DNA of 64,000 nt from Tubulanus polymorphus (taxonomy: Eukaryota > Animalia > Nemertea). A program made the translations under genes and the position numbers. The stretch's first letter is position 1. The number at the start of each line of letters is the position of its first letter. The stretch lies in NCBI RefSeq assembly GCF_964204645.1, contig NC_134031.1, positions 12,402,088-12,466,087 on the forward strand, written 5' to 3'. The notes below the pieces were generated by a model. It made no database searches, was not told the origin of the DNA, and was given only the letters and a program-made list of their open reading frames with translations. This document shows, piece after piece, positions 10,306-20,374 of the stretch.

Positions 10306-11740
10306 TTACTTGATATTTTTTGATATCATGTTTACTAACCCAAAAATAATTGCACTTACAACTGTAATTAAAAATAAAATAATATGTTCAGCAGCAAAGT
10401 TAATAATGTTTCCTGCAGATTTCAATATAAAACCAACAATTGATGCAATAATTCCTGGTAATGCTGCAGCAGATTTCTTTGATAGTTCCCATAAATATTT
10501 TGCTAATTTCTTTAAACCATCCTTAACTTTATCTTGTATAGAATTATTATCATTCGGGGGTTTATCTGGTTTATTGGGAGTAGGAGTAGATTTCAGTGAA
10601 TTTGATATTGCTAAACCAATTGTTGTAAATAACATAGTTATCTTATTCTATAATAATCTTATTCTATCTTTCAATGATATTTCAGAATCTGGTTTAATCA
10701 ACAAATCTTTAACAACAACTTTTAATCTATTTATATTATAATCATATGATTTTAACAATAATTTAATTTCTTCTTTTTGTAATTCTATGTTATATTCTAA
10801 ATCATCATTTTCTTTTTCTAAATACGCATTTCTTTTTTTAAATTCGATTTCTTCAATAACTTTATTATCTCTATCTAATTTTAGTTGTTCCGATTCTTTT
10901 CTTGATTTAAATAATTCATCTTCTAAAGTTCTAATTTTTAAATCTCTTATACTTTTATCATGCGCAATTTTATCAGCTTCATTTCTTATACTAATAATTT
11001 CTCTTATTGCTTTATCAGAAAATATATCATTTAAATCTTCTAATTCTTGATCTGTTGCATCAAGTAATCCATTTGGTAAAAGTTTTTCAATTGGAACTTT
11101 ATTTGATTTAAGTTTACTAGTTTTGGAAGTTTTATTCTGTTCAGAAGTTGTTTCTGTTTCTTGATTATCATCGATTATTTTAAATAAGTCATCAATTTTT
11201 TGACTAAATACTCTTCTACTAATCATCTCTTTCTTCTTGTGTAACATCAGTTATTTCATTACTAATACTTATTCTCTTAATTTTATCTAGACCTAATTTT
11301 CTCAAAGTTGATTCCGCTAATATTTTATTTAGTTTTGTTCTTTGATCAGTGATATCAATATAATAATCTCCATCCAAACGATAATAATATTTACCTTTAA
11401 AAAGTTTTAATTTTTGTACTAAATATCTGGCGCCTCTATCATTTATATTATATCCAGACTCTTTAAATACACGTTGAAAATCATACATAAAATCAATATT
11501 TTCAAGATCTTCCTTTGATAAACCTTGATTTTCATTTTCAGGATTTATTCTCAATCTTGTTCTTCTATCAAATTCATCTGTTGATGGGGCTTTAGAACCA
11601 CTATCTGCTAAATTAGAATTATATGTTGTATCATTATCATTATCAATATTAGTTTCTGCATCATTATTACCATCATCAATATATCCTTCATTATTATTTC
11701 CCATGCCTTCCATTTCATAATCTTCTCCACCTTCAGCCAT
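10306..11740 (-). pseudogene. Acidic N-terminus/coiled-coil protein with C-terminal TM helices (frameshifted)
   Basis: ORFs 11219-11740, 10648-11247 and 10306-10635 join as one gene by comparison with 62112-63479. Confidence 0.75.
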
Positions 11741-13043
11741 TTACATAATAAAAAATTAAAATTTAAAATATAATATTCCTCAGATTACAATTCCTATACA
11801 AGTTAAAGCTAATTTAGTATTTTCATGGGATTTATTATCATCATTTAGTTTAATTATATCATGTTGAATATTATCAGTTTTTATATTTTCTGATGTATTG
11901 TAATCTTTTATTTTAGAATCATTATGCAATTTAATATGTTTAGTTTTAGTTTCTGTTAATTGAATGTGTTTTTTATTTTTTTCACCTTCCATTAATTTTG
12001 GAGCAGTAACAATCTTTTTATTAATATCATTTAATCCAAATGAATTATTTATTGTTGCAGTTTTAATTAGATTATTATAACCAATTATATTTCCCATCTT
12101 TAATACTAAATCATTAGAAATAATTAATAGATTAGGGCCTATACAATAATTTAATCTAATATGTGATTTATCTAAACAATTTTGATATCTTACAATGTTT
12201 TCTGGAATCGATCTATTTTTATCATTATGAATCGAATCTTCAAATAATACTTTGAATTGCTTCTGCCCTTCGAATGAAGTGTTATCATTTCCAATTATTG
12301 GGGATCTTCTTTCAACTTGCGCACCTAAAATACATATCAAATAAGTTCTAATAGATTGATTTATTCTTTGTATCCCAGCTTTAGTAAAACCTTCACTATT
12401 TTCTAAAATGAAATTAACCCAACCATTATTGTTTTGTTGTTGTATATTATTATAATATTTTGGTAATTCATTCCAATTTAGTGTTCTTATATCTGAATTT
12501 GCCATTATTTTTCCAAATTCTTTAGTATATAATATTACTAAATCCACCCATTGTTCCAATTTTTGCTCGAAAATCTTTATTTGAATTAATATTAAATTCA
12601 TTACATATTTTATAAAACTTAGAAAAATTAATATTATTATTCAATTCTTTAAAATATTTTGAACCTGGTAAAGGACATTCAAATTCATCTAATATTAATT
12701 TTATTTGAAAATATGTATGAAATCTAAAAAGTGATAACATCAATGGTAAACTTGGTTTGTTTAAATGATCATTCCAACTAATTCCACATCCTGTTGTTGC
12801 GCAATAAACAGCAAAATTTAATTGGTTCTGCCAATACTTCATATTAGATTTTAATAACCATTGTTTTGCCTCATTTAAATTTTTGAAATTAATTGTATAC
12901 ACATGAAATATATTTTCCATCTTTACATGAAAATTATTACTTTCAGTAACATAAATATATAAATCAATTAATGAATTTAAAACTTCATTTCTATATGTAA
13001 TATCTTTATTAAAATCTATTGCTGGAATATTACATTTAATTGA

Positions 13044-13296
13044 GGAGAGAATCCCACAATGATAATAAAAAGTCCGAAAATGAAACTTCGAGATAGTAGT
13101 TTATTTCAACGTTTCGACTATATCCTAATAGTCATCTTCAGGAACTTCATTATTCCTGAAGATGACTATTAGGATATAGTCGAAACGTTGAAATAAACTA
13201 CTATCTCGAAGTTTATTTTCGGACTTTTAATTATCATTGTGGGATTCTCTCCTCTTCGCGTCAACACGGATATAGTGTTCTACCAATCGTGATTAT
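13044..13296. mobile_element. Minimal inverted Penelope-derived insertion
   Basis: 10-bp TSD atttaattga (13034-13043, 13297-13306); ~100-bp inverted arms plus ~40-bp tail. Confidence 0.85.
13150..13197 (+). ncRNA. Minimal type I hammerhead ribozyme (mirror copy on minus strand ~13100-13144)
   Basis: ttattc-CTGAAGA-t-gactat/atagtc stem II-GAAAC-GTT-gaaataa. Confidence 0.75.
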
Positions 13297-13361
13297 ATTT
13301 AATTGATTTATTATATTGGAAAGCTTTTGGAACACTATCTGCCATTTATATAATTAAAAAA

Positions 13362-13786
13362 TTAATAATTTATTAATTCTTTTAATAATTTATCTTGTTC
13401 TTCAACTGATATATGACCATTTAAACTCATTATATAATCTAGTGTATTCTTTAATTTATTAATTTCTTTTATATTAGTATTAATTTTTTCTTTATTACTT
13501 TTTATATTTAATTTTGAACTTATACCGGTTAAAACACTTGAACTTAATCCTAATACACCAATTGATACAGCTAAAGGTGTTAATGGACTGAATATTGCTA
13601 GAAATGTTATTACAGAACTAATTGTAACAGAACCACTTATAATCAAATAATATATAATTTTACTTTTTGAATATTTTTCTTTTTTATCTTTAAGTCATTT
13701 TCAAATTCTAATATTTGTTTTTCTAAATATGTTTTTAATTTAGTTTTATTTATATCATGAGGAATAATATTAATATTATCATCCAT
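13362..13786 (-). pseudogene. Small two-TM protein (frameshifted)
   Basis: TAAATG start at 13786; hydrophobic IISGSVTISSVITFLAIF and LAVSIGVLGLSSSVL. Confidence 0.6.
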
Positions 13787-13806
13787 TTATTTAGCAAAAA
13801 AAATTA

Positions 13807-14229
13807 CTAATTAGTAAATTTATAAGCAACAAATATAACAATAACTGTTCCCCCTAAAATCCAAATTATTTCATATTTCTGTTGTTCTTTACTTGGGGTA
13901 TAATAATCTGATAATTTAGGTTTGTATAGATGTAATTTTTCTTTATTGGTTACCGCGTTGTATAAACTCATTGCATCATCAACTGATTGAAAATCTCTAT
14001 GTGAAATATTCTGATCATATAATTCTTTGTTAATATAATCCATATAGTTTTGCCTCTTTTCTCTATATTCTTCCGCAGCTTTATTGTATTTCTCTAATGC
14101 TATGTTATGTCTTTTTTGTTCGGTTAATGATCCATTTTTATCAATATGTTTAAATAAATAACCACCACCAGTAAATGCTAAAGCGTTAACAATTGCTGAT
14201 CCTATAATAGTTATAACTGCAGAAGCCAT
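13807..14229 (-). CDS. Small Polinton protein with hydrophobic N- and C-termini
   Basis: Intact 140 aa, TAAATG start. Confidence 0.75.
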   Translation of the reverse strand: MASAVITIIGSAIVNALAFTGGGYLFKHIDKNGSLTEQKRHNIALEKYNKAAEEYREKRQNYMDYINKELYDQNISHRDFQSVDDAMSLYNAVTNKEKLHLYKPKLSDYYTPSKEQQKYEIIWILGGTVIVIFVAYKFTN

Positions 14230-14253
14230 TTATTTAGTAAAATAATTATGTAT

Positions 14254-14475
14254 TTATATGGGAGGAATATATTTTTGTTTTTCCAAATAATCAATAGTTA
14301 AATTAGATAAAGTGACTGCTAATGTTAATTTTAAAATATCATTTATATCAAATCTATCAACATTAACACTTCCCATTTTAAATACTTTTTTTAATACCAT
14401 TGAATAACCAACAGTTCCAACTGATAGTAATGCGCCATTATATAATCCAGTTATTATCCACTTATTATCACTCAT
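14254..14475 (-). CDS. Small hydrophobic protein
   Basis: Intact 73 aa, TAAATG start, tightly packed in the gene array. Confidence 0.7.
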   Translation of the reverse strand: MSDNKWIITGLYNGALLSVGTVGYSMVLKKVFKMGSVNVDRFDINDILKLTLAVTLSNLTIDYLEKQKYIPPI

Positions 14476-14491
14476 TTATTTATCAAAAAAA

Positions 14492-14814
14492 TTACTATCT
14501 TCAAAATATTTAGTTATCTTATTTATGATTAATTCAACATTTATTTCATTACTAGTTTCATTTGTATATATTTCAATTATTATTTTTTTAATATCATCAA
14601 TAATTCCATCTTCATTTAATTCATAATATTCTAAAGGTGATTAAATTAAATCAATTACTTTTTCTATATTATAATTTTCTTTATTAATCATTGATGCATT
14701 GTTAAATTATTTACTTTTTATATCAGTAATTACATCATTTAGTTTAATTCTCATTTCTTTACCATGTTTAAAATCAAACCCAAAACATATACTCGGTCCA
14801 ACAGTTATATTCAT
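14492..14814 (-). pseudogene. Small disrupted ORF
   Basis: T-run plus TAAATG start at 14814 fills the gap between neighbours; frame broken. Confidence 0.45.
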
Positions 14815-14835
14815 TTATATAGTGAAAAAAATTAC

Positions 14836-15563
14836 TCATCTTATAACTAATTCATAAATAACAGGGAAATTATTTAAATCAATTAAGCGCCCATTATGAT
14901 TTCTAATTTCTAATCTAAAATTATTAAAACGAGGAATGCATGGTTTGAAATCACATTCTGTTACATTATAATTTATTTGTGTGCCAAATTCTTTAACATT
15001 CTTCAATGGTAAAATGTTTAGTAAACCAGAATTACAAGTTATATCTTCAGTTGCTTCGAATGTTTTTGTAGGATAGATTAAATTGCAATAAATATAAAAG
15101 TGTGTAAAAGGCATTATATTTGAATTACCATCTACGTTTCCTGTAACAGTATCTGGTACAATTCCTAACAGTTTAGCTATAGGTTTTTTTACCATAAATG
15201 CATGTTGACTTTCATCATATACCTTTATTTTAATTTTATTTGTGCTATCACTTTTTATAAATCTAATTAAAAATTTATCATCTCTTCTAATTTTAAACCG
15301 TACTCTTCGATTAATTTCTTGAGCTAATGTTTCTAAATTATATAATCCTGGTTTTAAAATTAGATGAAACCATTTATCTACATTTCTAATATGAATTAAA
15401 ACAGTATTATCTTTAATAGTTAATTACATAAACTTATATTAACTAATTTTAAATCAACACAATTCTTAAATTCTCTATCTAATTGTACTAGTAAATTATG
15501 AGATTTGTAATTTGTAAGTTTTCTTGAATCTACAAATATTCCGTATTCTTTTAATTCTACCAT
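14836..15563 (-). pseudogene. Minor capsid (penton) protein, frameshifted
   Basis: GLYNLE; FYIYCNLI; GLLNILPL; FRLEIRNHNGRLIDLNNFPVIYELVIR, typical Polinton mCP C-terminus. Confidence 0.8.
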
Positions 15564-15577
15564 TTATTTTACATATT

Positions 15578-15931
15578 TTATTCGAAATCTATTTCATGGT
15601 GCCCTTTTTCATTCTTACCTTTGTATACGAAATCGAAATCTCCTGAACATAATTTTTCTAGGTCTTCACTTGATAATCTATGAAATCTATCCGGTAAATA
15701 TGTTCTGAATTTATGTGTATTTCCTTTTAATCCTTCGTATTCTAAGTGTATAACTAATTTATCTCCATATTTGTTAGTAACTGTATCAATATTTGTAATT
15801 AGATATTTCTTATGGATTGTTAATTCTTTTAACTTCTTAAATTTATATTCTACTGATTTGACATTTGAAGTATCTTTTATTCTATCTAGAAATGATTTGT
15901 TGTTCTCACTGTGTGTTTGTTTACTCTCCAT
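15578..15931 (-). CDS. Small basic protein, possibly OB-fold ssDNA-binding
   Basis: Intact 117 aa directly downstream of pPolB; alternating beta pattern FKKLKEL..YLIT..TNKYGDKLVIHLE..TYLPDRF. Confidence 0.6.
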   Translation of the reverse strand: MESKQTHSENNKSFLDRIKDTSNVKSVEYKFKKLKELTIHKKYLITNIDTVTNKYGDKLVIHLEYEGLKGNTHKFRTYLPDRFHRLSSEDLEKLCSGDFDFVYKGKNEKGHHEIDFE

Positions 15932-15960
15932 TTATAATACATTTTTTTATTAAAATTTGA

Positions 15961-18900
15961 TTAACACGTTAGAATTCTTTTCATTATCTCGTTCTCTTTT
16001 GTTTCTTCTCTTTTAAATTTTAAGTATTCATCTAAATTACAACCATAAGCAACTGTATGAATTCCATCATCTAAAATATATCTTTTATCATCAAATGGGT
16101 TTAGACTTATCTTTTCAATTTCTTCAATAAACATTTCATGATCTTCAGATCTTAAACATCTCATCTTATGTTTTCTAACTTCTTCATTGAATATACAATT
16201 GATGTAATCTTTGAAATGAATATTCTTTTCTACTACACTTTTGGTTATTCCTTTTAACTTTTTAGCTTCATGTTCTTTAGTTTTATATGAATACATTTTA
16301 GATCTAATACCGATGAATTCAATCATTTCTTCACCACCTAATTCATCTTTGAATTTACCGGGAACTTTTTTATTATCATTGCTAAACAATTCATGATCTT
16401 TAGGATAATTACTGAAATGAAAATGATGTTTTAATGTTTTTAAATCATAACTGAAGCGCCAACATAGATTGGTTTATTAAATGTCATTGATGTTCTTCTC
16501 ATCTTAACTGCAGCTAAATTTTCATCAAATTTTCTGCTACCAATGAACTTAGGATATGATTGTAAATGTCTAATTCTTTTACCATTACTGACTAACTCAA
16601 TATCATTTCTATTTCTAATATTTTCACAAGTCTTACCATAGAATGCATTATTCATTAACTTGAAGAAATCTTTTTCGAAATCAGTTTTAGCTTCAGTTCT
16701 CTGTTTGGTGTTAAAATCTATATATTTTTCTAACCACTTAGATTGACTGAATGAAATATATCTATGTACTTTTTTTAGAACCATTCCTTGTTTTAGATAA
16801 AACTTTAACATTCTATAATGTACTACATAATTATATTTATCATCTTGAGTTACCATTAACTTTTCTGTATGAATATGATTTTCGGGTTTAATTCTTTTTT
16901 GGTAATTTGATAATTCTTCATGAGTTACAGTTTTATGTTCGGGACAGTAAGCTAGATTTCTAGATTTAAATTTAATATGTTCAGGATATTCTAAGTCTAC
17001 AACAAAGAAATAACCAGTATCTGAATCATCTGCAATATCTAGGATTCTTTTCTTCCAATCAAATTTATCATTATTTTCATTCTGTAAAACTTCAGTTAAT
17101 TCAAATACTCCATAAGGTTGTGGTTCCATCATTGCCCAACCATACAAATTATTTGCATCCTTATATAATAACTTATATCCAGGGTTATCATTTACATTGA
17201 AATATCTATCCCCTAATACACCTGAAAATCCTCCTCTTATAGATTTTTCAAATAATAGTAATTGATCTATATTTGTTAACAAATCCATTTTTATATCTGT
17301 AAATTTTAATCCACAATCCCATGTTAAACCTGGTGATGAATAACAATGACAAGGATCAATATTGAAATATTTTAGGTTTACATCTCTAAACCTTTCGAAT
17401 ATATCGGTTAATAATAATACATCTGATTTTAGATATGAATCTACTAATTGTCCATGATTTTCTATTTTGAAATGAATCCAAATATTCAATGTTCTATTAT
17501 ATACTTCATCTTTAACCAATTCATTTTTTTAATTCATCATAGAATTGTTCTTTTAATAATTCAGTTATATTAAAATCATTATGTGATTTATAAAATGAAT
17601 ATGGAATTGCACCTTTATATTTCATTAATTGAAAATCATCATTATTTGGGTAGTGTTGCTTTAATATTCTTAATTCATCATCAACTAATGATTTTGATAA
17701 GTTATCTAATGAACTATTTAAAAATCTATATGAATCTATAAATCTTAGGCAACCAAATTGGAATGATATATAATTCTCAGATGTTTTAGCTAACATTCTA
17801 AATTTATAAGTTGGTATTTTATCTTTTGATCTATTTGAATTTAATCTTTCTATTTCATTATTAATTTCTTCTATTTTATGGCATAACTGTTTGATGAATA
17901 AATGTGCATCATATCCTGATAGATTATGAAATATAACTGGTACAAAATTAATTTTCTTAGCTTGTAAGTTACAATTCTCATGCGCTGCGCCTCTAAACTT
18001 TCCATTCAAATGATCATGGTCTCTTACTTTTTTATCTTTATAATTAAATATCTTTTCACAATAATAACATTTATCTGCAAACGCAAATTCTCCTTTATCT
18101 TCTTCTGTGATTATAATTTCTATATTTGTATTCAATAATTTACTAAATCTTATTTCATATTCAATTAATAAGTCACAAAAATGATTGATAACATTTTCAT
18201 TTCTACAATCATAATATTCACTTTCAATTAGTTCTGGATAATCAGATTTTATATATAACCCGAAAGCAGCAGCTGATTGATGAATCTTTTTAATAGTATT
18301 TGTTATTGGTGGTTTATCTGAAAAATCATTTTCATTAGAATTTAATTTCTTTCTTTTATAATATATTTCTTTTCTATCTTGATCGGTTAATTCTTTATTT
18401 AATGATTCAAAATCTCCATATATAACAAATGGAACTTTATTTTTGTAATCATATTTTTTGAATTCTAATATTTTATCCTTTTCATTTGGTAAAACTAATT
18501 TACAGTAATCATGATTTTCACATAATTGTTTATGATTTAATAATGTACTTTCATTACTGAATTTATGTAAAAAATTTTCTACATAGATATATTTTATTAT
18601 GGTGATCACTTTCTGTTCTAAAGAATAAATCTATTTGTTTAATCCACATATAATGATTCTCATAATATAATATATCTATAACATCATTTGAATCATAATC
18701 TTTTGATAGGTATAAAGGTTCTAATGTATAATGTTTTATATTGTTACCTTTTGTATTTAGTAATTTGATTAAATCAAATACATTTATCTTTATATTATTA
18801 TCTCTTTCTATTTTTGGGATGTTTTTAATTATAACAGGATACTTATCTATCTTATAATTATCTTCAAATGGTTTATAATGAGTTAATCTAAAACTATGTT

Positions 18901-19869
18901 GTTTATAATCTTCAACTGGGTGTAAACAACTTATTATAGCCCATAGAAAACATTTATCATCAAAATTTTGTACATTTATTACAGCATTCGTTTTTAATGG
19001 TAGTTAAATATAACTTGATGCTTCAATATCTGGTTCTTTATAATATGATACATTATTTTCATCAATTGGTTTTGATTTAGTTAACTTATTATATTTTGTG
19101 TTATAAACATGTAAAGTCATAAATATTATTTCATCAAATATTAAACCAGATCCTTCAAAATATTTCTTTTCTATTTTAGTTTTTACTTCATTATAAAATC
19201 TATCTAATTTATCATCTATATGTTGTTTTGAAATAATATGTTGTGAATGAGAATTTATATTATATATTGGTTTATCTTCAGATTTTATGAATTTAACTTT
19301 AGAAGATATACTTATTTTAGGATATTCAACATCAGTTATTATTTTTATTATTTCTTTCATATTTTCTAAATGTTTTTTATTTTCTTCTAATGTTTTTCCT
19401 TTATGAAATATAAACTCAATAGCTGCTGGACCAATATCACTTTTAAATGCTTCGGTTATCTCTATATCTTTTTATTATCCAATAAATTAATATATTTTCT
19501 TACATCTTCCATGTATGGTCTTTTATTGTTTAATTTATTTTTTATGCTTTTAATTGTCTTCTGTTTCTTATCATTATCTTCATCAAAATAATCTTCACCT
19601 AAAATATCATTATTCTTATTTCTAATATGACTTTTAGATTTTAAATGTTCATTATAATATCTTTTATCACTGAATGATTGATTACATGTATCACATTTGT
19701 ATGTTTCTTTTTCATTCTTTAATTCATCTAATTTAGTTTCTAATATATCATCTTCATATTCTAATTTCAATTTATTCTCTAAATGTGTTTTAGTTTTATT
19801 GTGTCTTGCTTTTTGGTATTTATCTATATTGATATTACATGTTGAACAGTAGTACTTATTTGCTTCCAT
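15961..19869 (-). pseudogene. Protein-primed family B DNA polymerase with N-terminal zinc fingers, OTU-like Cys protease region and endonuclease VII-like insertion; several frameshifts
   Basis: Exo I VIYGDFES; Exo II FHNLSGYDAH; YLKSDVLLL; YKDANNLYG; KLMNNAFYGK; GKFKDE; RSKMYS. VINVQNFDDKCFLWA...ENHY at ~18650-18990. CYYC...VRDHDH...GAAHENCN. Confidence 0.95.
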
Positions 19870-20368
19870 TTTAATACTAAATTTTTTATTAAAATTGATT
19901 TTAGAAGTTCAATGATTTATATCATGTATTATTTCAATCACACTTTACTAACACTTTTAATGTTTAAAAATCTAACTCATACAAATATGAATATTGAAAT
20001 AATGTTTTAAATATATCTATATATCTATTCTATAAGAGCTTACACTTTTAAATTGAATAATCTGTCAATTTAAATGTTATTCATGTATATGATTATTTTA
20101 AGAGTAATATGGGTAATAGGCTTTCAGGTTAAAGGTTGAACGGGCGGGTGAGTAAAAAATGAAAAACATGAAAATAATAACAATTTCTACTTGAATTAGG
20201 AGTGAAACTCATAAAAATGAAAAATAAATTCGAGTGTGTGAGAATTTATTTTTCATTTTTATGAGTTTCGCGACTAATTCAAGTAGAAATTGTAATTATT
20301 TTCATGTTTTTCATTTTTTATGAGCTCGACCGTTCGACCTCATAAAAAAGCCTATTACCCCTATTACT
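19605..20368 (-). repeat. Polinton right TIR (764 bp)
   Basis: Reverse complement of 3027-3792; contains the pPolB start codon. Confidence 0.95.
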
Positions 20369-20374
20369 CCTCTA

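Larger units (their letters stand above)
11756..13345 (-). pseudogene. Conserved Polinton protein with C-terminal TM anchor, disrupted by Penelope insertion and frameshifts
   Basis: TAAATG start at 13345; WQNQLNFAVYCATTGCG motif; C-terminus matches 63497-64000. Confidence 0.7.
3027..20368. mobile_element. Complete Polinton/Maverick (endogenous polintovirus), 17,342 bp
   Basis: AGT...ACT termini; 6-bp TSD CCTCTA (3021-3026 and 20369-20374); ~765-bp TIRs; pPolB, integrase, ATPase, MCP and mCP; far more AT-rich than the flanks. Confidence 0.97.

Noticed and set aside
8233-11050. Plus-strand ORFs 8233, 9293, 10310, 10787 (also 15771, 19403)
   Set aside because: Antisense shadows of real minus-strand Polinton genes; no motifs or TAAATG starts.
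3027-20368. Contaminating free virus or phage contig
   Set aside because: A perfect 6-bp TSD within a Helitron ORF and a Penelope insertion show chromosomal integration.
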